64,000 bases of DNA from Alphaproteobacteria bacterium (GTDB lineage: Bacteria > Pseudomonadota > Alphaproteobacteria > UBA828), in the NCBI GenBank assembly GCA_965221125.1, contig CBDCRW010000007.1:352001-416000 (forward strand), read 5' to 3'. The translations under genes and the position numbers were made by a program. Shown one piece after another: positions 56,722 to 64,000 of the stretch. Position 1 is the first letter of the stretch. Each line of letters starts with the position of its first letter. Under the pieces are notes generated by a model, which saw only the letters and a program-made list of their open reading frames with translations, was not told the DNA's origin and ran no database searches.

Positions 56722-57171
56722 ATGACGAGCATCTATCTGGACACCAGTGCGCTGATCAAACTCTACGTCGAGGAGGAGGGGACCGAGCAGGTTGTCGACG
56801 CGACGCGAGATGCTGCCGATGGCCGCGTCATCGTTGTGGACCTTACCCCGCTCGAGGCCCGATCCGCCATTCGTCGGCGCGAGCGCGAAGGCGACATCTC
56901 GGCTGCCGATGCGGATCGGGTCCTCAGACAGATCGAAAATGACTGCTCGATGACTTTTCTGATGCAGCCGTCGACATCGGCGGTGATGGAGGAGGCCGCG
57001 CGGCTAATCGACCGCTACCCGCTCAGGGCATACGACGCGCTTCAACTCGCGGGGTGCCTCGTGGTTCGTGACGGTATGCCGGGGCCCGTGACCTTCGTTT
57101 GTGCGGATACGCGCCTGTGCGATGCAGCGCGCCATGAAGGCCTGGAGGCGCTGAACCCGATATCGCCGTGA
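56722..57171 (+). CDS. vapC: VapC-family PIN-domain toxin
   Basis: YLDTSALIKLYVEE, E..SA, LRAYDALQLA, FVCADTRL. Confidence 0.9.
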   Translation: MTSIYLDTSALIKLYVEEEGTEQVVDATRDAADGRVIVVDLTPLEARSAIRRREREGDISAADADRVLRQIENDCSMTFLMQPSTSAVMEEAARLIDRYPLRAYDALQLAGCLVVRDGMPGPVTFVCADTRLCDAARHEGLEALNPISP

Positions 57172-57252
57172 GGCCGTCGCTGTCCGCACGTGATCCCAGC
57201 GCTGCTCAGCGTCCCACCGGATAAGGGAGGGCCATACAAATTCGCCCTTGAC

Positions 57253-57273
57253 TATAATGATAATAGTTCTAAA
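57253..57273. promoter_or_regulatory. Fur-family (Fur/Irr/PerR-like) box upstream of the peroxiredoxin
   Basis: TATAATGATAATAGTTCTAAA resembles a Fur box and contains the Irr half-site TTCTAAA. Confidence 0.5.
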
Positions 57274-57312
57274 TTGCATCGCATGAGCCATTTTCGATCA
57301 GGAGCAAGTGCC

Positions 57313-57849
57313 ATGCGTGTACCCGAGGTGACCTTCAAGACCCGCGTCCGTGACGAGAGCGTGGACGGGCCGAACCCCTTCCGCTGGCAGGACCGGACCA
57401 GCGCCGAAATCTTCAACGGCCGCCGCGTCGTGCTCTTCGCGCTGCCGGGCGCCTTCACGCCGACCTGCAGCAGCACCCATCTGCCCGGCTACGAGGCCTT
57501 ACACGATCGCTTCAAGGAGGCCGGGATCGACGAGGTGATCTGCCTCGCGGTCAACGACGCCTTCGTCATGTATCAGTGGGGCAGGCACCAGGGAGTGGAG
57601 GACGTCACCCTGTTGCCGGACGGTTCCTGCACTTTCACGCGCTTCATGGGCATGCTTGTGGACAAGGACAATCTCGGCTTCGGCCTGCGCAGCTGGCGCT
57701 ATTCCATGCTGGTCGAGGACGGCGAGATCACCAAGATGTTCGTGGAGCCGGGGCGTTGCGACAACGCGCCGGGAGACCCCTTCGAGGTCTCGGACGCCGA
57801 GACCATGCTCGCCTTCGTGGAGTCCCGCGATCGGGCGCAGGCGGCCTGA
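57313..57849 (+). CDS. Peroxiredoxin (Prx5-like)
   Basis: [29 protein letters not shown]. Confidence 0.95.
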   Translation: MRVPEVTFKTRVRDESVDGPNPFRWQDRTSAEIFNGRRVVLFALPGAFTPTCSSTHLPGYEALHDRFKEAGIDEVICLAVNDAFVMYQWGRHQGVEDVTLLPDGSCTFTRFMGMLVDKDNLGFGLRSWRYSMLVEDGEITKMFVEPGRCDNAPGDPFEVSDAETMLAFVESRDRAQAA

Positions 57850-57889
57850 AGACCCGAGGTCTGTTCCCGGTGCCGCCTGGTGCCGGGAG

Positions 57890-58849
57890 TCAGCCCGCCC
57901 GCGGGTGGGCTGCCGTGTAGGCGGCGAGTAGCCCGGCCTCGTCCACCTCCGTGTAGCGCTGCGTGGTGGACAGGCTCGCGTGCCCCAGCAGCTCCTGGAT
58001 CGTGCGCAGGTCGCCGCCGCCCGCGAGCAGATGGGTGGCGAAGCTGTGGCGCAGCGCGTGCGGCGTCGCCGATGACGGCAGGCCGAGCGCGCCGCGCAGC
58101 CGCGCCATGGTCTGCTGCACGAGCTTGGGCTGAAGCCGCTTGCCGCGCACGCCGACGAAGAGGGGATCGCCCGGCTCCAGCCGGTGGGGGCAGGCGGCGA
58201 GATAGTCGGCGATCGCCTCCGCCACGACGGGCAGCACCGGCACGACCCGCTGCTTGTTGCCCTTGCCCGTGATCATCAAGCTGTGCAGCGCGGCATCGGC
58301 GGCCGGCGCGTCCGCGCGATCGAGGCCCAGCGCCTCGCCGATGCGCAGCCCGCAGCCGTAGAGCAGCAGCAGCACCGCGGCATCCCGGCGGGCGGTCCAG
58401 TCCGGTGGCCCGGCGTTCAGGCCGTCCAGATCGACGACAGCCCTGGCCTGGCCCTCGGTGAGCGGCCGGGGCACGGCGCGCGGCGTCTTGGGCGCGCGCA
58501 CCAGTGAGAGCGCGGAGGAGACGGGAACGCCCTCGCGCTCCAGGTGACGGAAGAAGACACGGACCGCCGACAGTGCCCGCGCGGTCGATGTTCGCGCCCG
58601 GCCTTCCGCCGCGCGGCGCGCGAGCCAGGCGCGCAGGTCGCGAACGGTGAGCGCGGCGAGCGTCGCCAGGTCGGGCGCCGCTCCCCGATGCTCCGCGAGG
58701 AAGCGCAGAAAATCGTCGAGGTCGCGCCGGTAGGCGGCGACGGTGTGGTCGGAACGCCGCCGCTCGTCCGCGAGCCGGCCGAGCCAGGTCTCGACCGCCG
58801 TAGTGAGGTCGGCGGCGGCCGGCATCGGCCCGCTCGCCGGCCTGCTCAT
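57890..58849 (-). CDS. xerC: Tyrosine recombinase XerC
   Basis: [42 protein letters not shown]; tal-priA synteny. Confidence 0.92.
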   Translation of the reverse strand: MSRPASGPMPAAADLTTAVETWLGRLADERRRSDHTVAAYRRDLDDFLRFLAEHRGAAPDLATLAALTVRDLRAWLARRAAEGRARTSTARALSAVRVFFRHLEREGVPVSSALSLVRAPKTPRAVPRPLTEGQARAVVDLDGLNAGPPDWTARRDAAVLLLLYGCGLRIGEALGLDRADAPAADAALHSLMITGKGNKQRVVPVLPVVAEAIADYLAACPHRLEPGDPLFVGVRGKRLQPKLVQQTMARLRGALGLPSSATPHALRHSFATHLLAGGGDLRTIQELLGHASLSTTQRYTEVDEAGLLAAYTAAHPRAG

Positions 58850-59508
58850 GAGAGGATCGACTGGCCCGTCTTCTGCCAGTCGGCGAGGAAGGCGTCGAGA
58901 CCCTTGTCGGTGAGCGGGTGGCTCGCGAGCTTCCGCAGCACGCCCGGCGGCACCGTCGCCACCTCGGCGCCGAGCTTGGCGGCCTCCACGACGTGGAGCG
59001 GGTGGCGGATGGAGGCGACCAGGACCTCGGTCGAGATGGTATCGGGATAGGCGCGGTAGATCGTCACGATCTCGCGGATCAGGCCCATGCCGTCCTGGCT
59101 GATGTCGTCGAGGCGGCCTACGAAGGGCGAGATGAAGGCGGCGCCCGCCTTGGCTGCCAGCAGCGCCTGGGACGGGGAGAAGCACAGGGTGACGTTGACC
59201 TTGGTGCCACCCTGGCTGAGCGCGCGGCAGGCCTTGAGGCCGTCCCAGGTGAGCGGCACCTTGACCGCGACGTTGGGAGCGATCGCGGCAAGCGCGCGGC
59301 CTTCGGAGAGCATGGTCTCGGCGTCGGTCGCGGTGACCTCGGCGCTGACGGGACCCGGCACGATGTCGCAGATGTTGCGGATTACCTCGAAGAAGTCGCC
59401 GCCCGACTTGGCGATGAGCGAGGGATTGGTGGTCACGCCGTCGAGCAGTCCGGTGGCCGAGAGATCTTCGATCTCTGCGATGTCCGCCGTGTCCACGAAG
59501 AACTTCAT
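58846..59508 (-). CDS. Transaldolase / fructose-6-phosphate aldolase family
   Basis: [35 protein letters not shown]. Confidence 0.93.
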   Translation of the reverse strand: MKFFVDTADIAEIEDLSATGLLDGVTTNPSLIAKSGGDFFEVIRNICDIVPGPVSAEVTATDAETMLSEGRALAAIAPNVAVKVPLTWDGLKACRALSQGGTKVNVTLCFSPSQALLAAKAGAAFISPFVGRLDDISQDGMGLIREIVTIYRAYPDTISTEVLVASIRHPLHVVEAAKLGAEVATVPPGVLRKLASHPLTDKGLDAFLADWQKTGQSILS

Positions 59509-59708
59509 GCCGCCGCTCCGTCCGAGATCTTTCGCCCAATGCCGGCCTTTCGGGTCATCGGGCTGGACGCCGTCGCGGGAGTGATGCAGGACGAGTGCAT
59601 GACCACGGCATCCACGACTCGACTCGGCTCCGGGCCGGCGGCTGACGCGGGCGGCCTCATAGCATGTCCCGCACGCCGTGACCATTCCGGCGCTCGGGAG
59701 CGGGTCCC

Positions 59709-61931
59709 GTGAACCTATCGAGCAGAGGCGGCGGGGCGAGCGCGAACGCGCCCCCGCCCGCCACCGTCGCCGTCCTTCTGCCGCTGCCGCTCGACCGCGC
59801 CTACGACTACATCGTGCCGGGCGATTTGGAGGAAGCCGTCGTACCCGGCTCCTTCGTGCGGGTGCCGCTCGGCGGGGTCGAGCGTGTCGGGGTGGTCTGG
59901 GGCGAGGGCGAAGGCGGCGTCGAGCCTGCGCGCCTCAAGCCGGTGATCGCAGCGCTGGAGGCGCCGCCGATGACCGAGCCGCTCCGCCGGCTGGTCGACT
60001 GGGCGGCCGAGTACACGCTCGCGCAGCGGGGCGCCGTTCTGCGCATGGCGATGAGCGTGCCTGCCGCGCTCGCGCCGGCGCCGGTCCGAACCGCCTACCG
60101 GCTCGGGCAGGGCGAGGCGCCGCGCATGACCGACGCGCGTGCTCGCGTGCTCGCCCTGTTGGGGGAGGGGCCGTCCCGCACCGCAGCCGAGATCGAGCGC
60201 GAGGGCGGGGTAAGCGCCGGTGTGGTGCGCGGGCTGGCTTCGCACGGCGCGGTCGAGGCGGTCTCGGTACGCGACGTGGCGACCTTCGACCGTCCCGACA
60301 CGCGCGCTGCCGGCCCGACCCTCTCCGACGCGCAACGCCGGAGCGCCGAGACGCTTTCGAGCGCGCTCGCGAATGGGGCCTTCTCGGTCACCGTGCTCGA
60401 CGGCGTGACCGGCGCCGGCAAGACCGAGGTCTACTTCGAGGCGATTGCCGCCGCGCTCGACGCCGGTCGTCAGGTGCTGGTGATGCTGCCGGAGATCGCG
60501 CTCAGCGCCCAGTGGCTCGGGCGCTTTCGCGCACGCTTCGGCTCAGCACCTGCGGTCTGGCACTCGGAGCTGGGCACGCGCCGGCGACGCGAGACCTGGC
60601 GTGCCGTCGCCGAGAGCCGGGCGCAGGTCGTGGTCGGCGCACGGTCTGCGCTGTGGCTGCCGTTCCGCTCGCTCGGCCTGATCGTCGTCGACGAGGAGCA
60701 CGACGCCGCCTTCAAGCAGGAGGACGGTGTCGTCTACCACGCGCGCGACATGGCGGTGGTGCGCGCACGCCTGGAGGACTGCCCCGCGGTCCTGGTGTCG
60801 GCCACGCCGTCGCTCGAGACGGTCGTCAACGTCGAGAGGGGCCGCTATGCCAGTGTGCTGCTGCCGGACCGCCACGGCGCCGCGCGGTTGCCGACGATCG
60901 AAACCGTCGATCTGCGCGAGACGCCGCCGGAACGCGGCGCATGGCTCGCGCCCCCATTGCGCGCGGCTCTCGCCGAGACCCTGGATGCCGGCGAGCAGGC
61001 GCTGCTCTTCCTCAACCGCAGGGGCTACGCGCCGCTCACGTTGTGCCGCGCCTGCGGCCACCGCTTCCACTGCCCGAATTGCAGCGCTTGGCTGGTGGAG
61101 CACCGCTTCACCGGCACGCTCGACTGCCACCATTGCGGCTTTCGCCAGCCGCAGCCCGAAGCCTGCCCGGCCTGCGAGACGGAGGGGAGCTTCGCGGCCT
61201 GCGGGCCGGGGGTCGAGAGGCTGGCGGAAGAGGTGGACGGCGCCTTTCCCGGCGCCCGCTGGGCAGTGCTCACCAGCGACACGGTGGGCGGCCCCAGTCA
61301 GGTGCAGGACCTGGTCGATGCCATCGCGGCCCACGAGATCGACGTGCTGATCGGCACGCAGATGGTGGCCAAGGGCCATCATTTCCCGCAGCTCACCCTG
61401 GTGGGCGTGGTGGATGCCGACCTGGGGCTCGCGGGCGGCGACATGCGGGCAGCCGAGCGCACCTACCAGCTTCTCCACCAGGTGGGCGGGCGCGCCGGGC
61501 GCGGCGGCCGCCCCGGCCGGGTCATGCTCCAGACCTGCGCCGCCGAGCATCCGGTTATCGCGGCGCTCGCCGCCGGCGACCGCGATTCCTTCATGGCGCG
61601 GGAGGCGGCGGCGCGGGAGGCCCACGGGCTGCCGCCCTTTGGCCGCCTCGCGGCGGTCATCGCGTCCGGCCCGAACGAGGCAGAGACGCTGCGTGCTGCA
61701 TCTGCTCTCGCCCGCACCGCCCGTGCCGAGGAGAAGAGTCTCGGAATCCAGGTGCTGGGTCCGGCGCCGGCGCCGCTCAAGCTGCTGCGGGGGCGCCATC
61801 GCTTCCGCCTCCTCTTCAAGGCGCCGCGCGGCGTGCTGTTGCAGCCCCACATGCGCCGCTGGCTTGCGGCCCTCGATCGGCACGCGCGCGCCCGCCTTCA
61901 GGTGGACATCGACCCGCACAGCTTCATGTAG
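59709..61931 (+). CDS. priA: Primosomal protein N'
   Basis: [20 protein letters not shown], four CxxC pairs, QVGGRAGR. Confidence 0.97.
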   Translation: MNLSSRGGGASANAPPPATVAVLLPLPLDRAYDYIVPGDLEEAVVPGSFVRVPLGGVERVGVVWGEGEGGVEPARLKPVIAALEAPPMTEPLRRLVDWAAEYTLAQRGAVLRMAMSVPAALAPAPVRTAYRLGQGEAPRMTDARARVLALLGEGPSRTAAEIEREGGVSAGVVRGLASHGAVEAVSVRDVATFDRPDTRAAGPTLSDAQRRSAETLSSALANGAFSVTVLDGVTGAGKTEVYFEAIAAALDAGRQVLVMLPEIALSAQWLGRFRARFGSAPAVWHSELGTRRRRETWRAVAESRAQVVVGARSALWLPFRSLGLIVVDEEHDAAFKQEDGVVYHARDMAVVRARLEDCPAVLVSATPSLETVVNVERGRYASVLLPDRHGAARLPTIETVDLRETPPERGAWLAPPLRAALAETLDAGEQALLFLNRRGYAPLTLCRACGHRFHCPNCSAWLVEHRFTGTLDCHHCGFRQPQPEACPACETEGSFAACGPGVERLAEEVDGAFPGARWAVLTSDTVGGPSQVQDLVDAIAAHEIDVLIGTQMVAKGHHFPQLTLVGVVDADLGLAGGDMRAAERTYQLLHQVGGRAGRGGRPGRVMLQTCAAEHPVIAALAAGDRDSFMAREAAAREAHGLPPFGRLAAVIASGPNEAETLRAASALARTARAEEKSLGIQVLGPAPAPLKLLRGRHRFRLLFKAPRGVLLQPHMRRWLAALDRHARARLQVDIDPHSFM

Positions 61932-62022
61932 TCGGCACTCGCCGTGACAGGCTCAGGGCCATTTGCTAGGGTCGCTCAGGCTCAACCGGAGCAGCGGCGG
62001 GAAGGCGCGCAAGGGGGATGCC

Positions 62023-62853
62023 ATGATCATCCAGACCCAGGCGGAGGAGCGGAAGGACGGCGCCCGCTTCGCTATCAAGCTCGACGAGCACCTCCAGCTC
62101 GTGGCTCAGCTCGCCGAGAATTTTGGCAACGATTCCTTCGTGCAGCCGGAGCCCCGCGACTACTTCCTCTATGCCTGCCGCTGGCACGACAAGGGCTGGA
62201 AGGACCTGGACGACAACCCGCCGCTCGATCCCGCCACCGGGCTCCCCTACAACCTGGTGGAGACGCCGATCCCCATCATCACGCTGACCGGCTGCCGCTC
62301 GCCCGAGTACAACGAGGCGCACCATGCCTACTGCGGTCTGCTGGACAGCATGCACATCTGGGGTCTCTACAACGGACGCTACGGGCTCTCGGACAAGGTG
62401 CTGATCGACATCGTGCCGGACGAGCATCGCCTCGCCGCCGATACCATGCTGGACACCGAGCGCCAGCGCCAGGAGCGGCTCACGGCCGTGCTGCAGGACG
62501 ATCCCGACACCGCGCCCTGGGTCGAGGAGGAGCAGCTCTTCGCCAACTACAAGGCGCTGCAGTTCTTCGATACCTTCGCGCTCTACTTCAACTGCGTGCA
62601 TCCCGAGGGGCGCGGCGAGAGCACGTTCGAGAACGTGCCGCGCGGGGTGGAGGACGACGTCGGCATCGAGGTGAGGGCGCTCGGCGACGGTGTCTACAGC
62701 CTCGATCCCTATCCCTTCCGCGACGACGGGCTGGAGGTCTCGTTCACCGGCCGCCATCTCACACCCTTCGGCGCAGACGACAAGCCCGACATGGCCGCGG
62801 TGATGCGGGAGACCCCGCGCGAGCGCCAGAGCGCGCGGCTGGTCGCAGCCTGA
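62023..62853 (+). CDS. DUF3891-like protein
   Basis: EH..L..QLA..FGN, WHDKGW..LD..P, Y.GLL.SMH. Confidence 0.7.
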   Translation: MIIQTQAEERKDGARFAIKLDEHLQLVAQLAENFGNDSFVQPEPRDYFLYACRWHDKGWKDLDDNPPLDPATGLPYNLVETPIPIITLTGCRSPEYNEAHHAYCGLLDSMHIWGLYNGRYGLSDKVLIDIVPDEHRLAADTMLDTERQRQERLTAVLQDDPDTAPWVEEEQLFANYKALQFFDTFALYFNCVHPEGRGESTFENVPRGVEDDVGIEVRALGDGVYSLDPYPFRDDGLEVSFTGRHLTPFGADDKPDMAAVMRETPRERQSARLVAA

Positions 62854-62885
62854 CCGCCGCCCCGCTCTCATCCGAGGCCTGAATC

Positions 62886-63398
62886 GTGCCGGCTTCCGCA
62901 CGCCCCAGCCCCGTCGAGGTGCTAGGACTCGACCACGTCGTGCTGCGGGTCGCCGATATCGACGCCTCGCTGGAGTGGTATCGGCGGGTGCTCGGCTGCA
63001 CCGTCGAGCGACGGATCAAGAGCTTCGGGCTCTACCAGCTGCGCGCGGGCGAGAACCTGATCGACCTCGTCCCCGTCGCCAGCGAGGCCGGCAAGCCGGG
63101 CGGCGGTGCGCCGGGCAGGACGCGGCGCAACATGGAGCATTTTGCGCTCAAGCTCGCCGCCTTCGATGAGAATAAGCTCCGCCGCTACCTCAAGCGGCGC
63201 GGCATCGAGGCCGGCGAGACGGCGCGGCGCTACGGCGCCGACGGTCACGGCCCCTCGCTCTACCTCACCGACCCCGACGGCAACACGGTCGAGCTCAAGG
63301 GTCCCCCCGATGCGGACCAGGACGAGCGCGTCGCGAGCGCCGAGTACCCTGCCCGCTCGCGGAGAGGGGCCGCAGTCAAACGGAGCACGCGGACATGA
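62886..63398 (+). CDS. VOC/glyoxalase family protein
   Basis: LDHVVLRV, RYGADG.GPSLYLTDPDGNTVELK. Confidence 0.9.
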   Translation: MPASARPSPVEVLGLDHVVLRVADIDASLEWYRRVLGCTVERRIKSFGLYQLRAGENLIDLVPVASEAGKPGGGAPGRTRRNMEHFALKLAAFDENKLRRYLKRRGIEAGETARRYGADGHGPSLYLTDPDGNTVELKGPPDADQDERVASAEYPARSRRGAAVKRSTRT

Positions 63399-64000
63399 AG
63401 GCGGTCGTCATCCACCGTCACGGCGGGCCGGAAGAGCTCGTCTACGAGGACATCGAGACGCCTGCGGTGGGGGCCGAGGACGTCCTGATCAACCTCGAGA
63501 CGGTCGGCCTCAACCACTTTGATCTCGACGTCTGCGACGGCATCTCGGGCTATCTCAGTCTCGACATGCCGCACATCTTGGGCGTCGAGGGCGCCGGCAC
63601 GGTCGCCGAGGTGGGGTCGGCGGTGACCGCCTTTCGCCCCGGCGACCGGGTCATGCCCTTCCTCACCATCACGTCGGGCCTGTGCCGGCACAAGGTGTGC
63701 AACTGCGCGCTCGGCATGGACAACATCTGCCTCGACTTCGAGAAGCTGGGCGTGACCTGCTGGGGCACCTACGCCGAGTACGTGAAGGTGTCGCACCACA
63801 ACGTGCTCCGTATTCCCGACGGCCTCTCGGCGCTGGATGCGGCGGCGGGGCAGGTCGCCTTAGCCACCGCCTGGGAGCTGGTGGTGAAGAAAGCGCAGGT
63901 GCGCCAGGGCGAGGACGTGCTCGTCAACGCCGCCGGCAGCGGCGTCGGCTCGGCCGCGATCCAGTGCGCTCGCGTCGCAGGCGCGCGGGTGATCGCCACC
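63395..64000 (+). CDS. Zinc-binding (MDR) alcohol dehydrogenase, 5' part (runs off window edge)
   Basis: MKAVVIHRHGGPE, PHILGVEGAG, Cys cluster, GTYAEY, AAGSGVG. Confidence 0.9.
   Translation, partial: MKAVVIHRHGGPEELVYEDIETPAVGAEDVLINLETVGLNHFDLDVCDGISGYLSLDMPHILGVEGAGTVAEVGSAVTAFRPGDRVMPFLTITSGLCRHKVCNCALGMDNICLDFEKLGVTCWGTYAEYVKVSHHNVLRIPDGLSALDAAAGQVALATAWELVVKKAQVRQGEDVLVNAAGSGVGSAAIQCARVAGARVIAT

Noticed and set aside
57890-58849. Tyrosine recombinase as the integrase of the phage-like module
   Set aside because: Housekeeping XerC in conserved tal-priA context, 45 kb away

Overview
High-GC alphaproteobacterial chromosome segment, judged from the conserved radC-map-sfsA-cinA-tRNA-Leu and xerC-tal-priA blocks and alpha-type palindromic repeats. 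Most of it is metabolic: a peptide-type ABC importer plus hydantoinase, acyl-CoA dehydrogenases, two TPP-dependent E1 sets, F420 genes cofC/fbiC, a compact pyrB-C-D/F/E cluster, and hydantoinase A/B plus racemase. It also carries four toxin-antitoxin pairs, an IS1380 that splits nirK, and several repeat families. The most unusual region is 7.66-12.3 kb. It is a compact Mu-like phage-derived module holding only a switch (S24 CI repressor / Cro-like), a Gam-like protein, a Mor-like activator and a lysis cassette (DUF5675, 3TM holin, DUF2730-like), with no transposase, replication or virion genes. A 23-bp box upstream of the lysis cassette recurs about 21 kb away with identical spacing to a -10-like hexamer and ATG, which suggests a dispersed, domesticated late-gene regulon. 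Other oddities are an alpha-hydroxy-acid oxidase fused to a DUF1674/SDHAF4 tail, a 220-aa chimeric antitoxin-like partner of a PIN toxin, and a helically phased TCTC array. All family assignments come from recognising motifs by eye; no searches were run.
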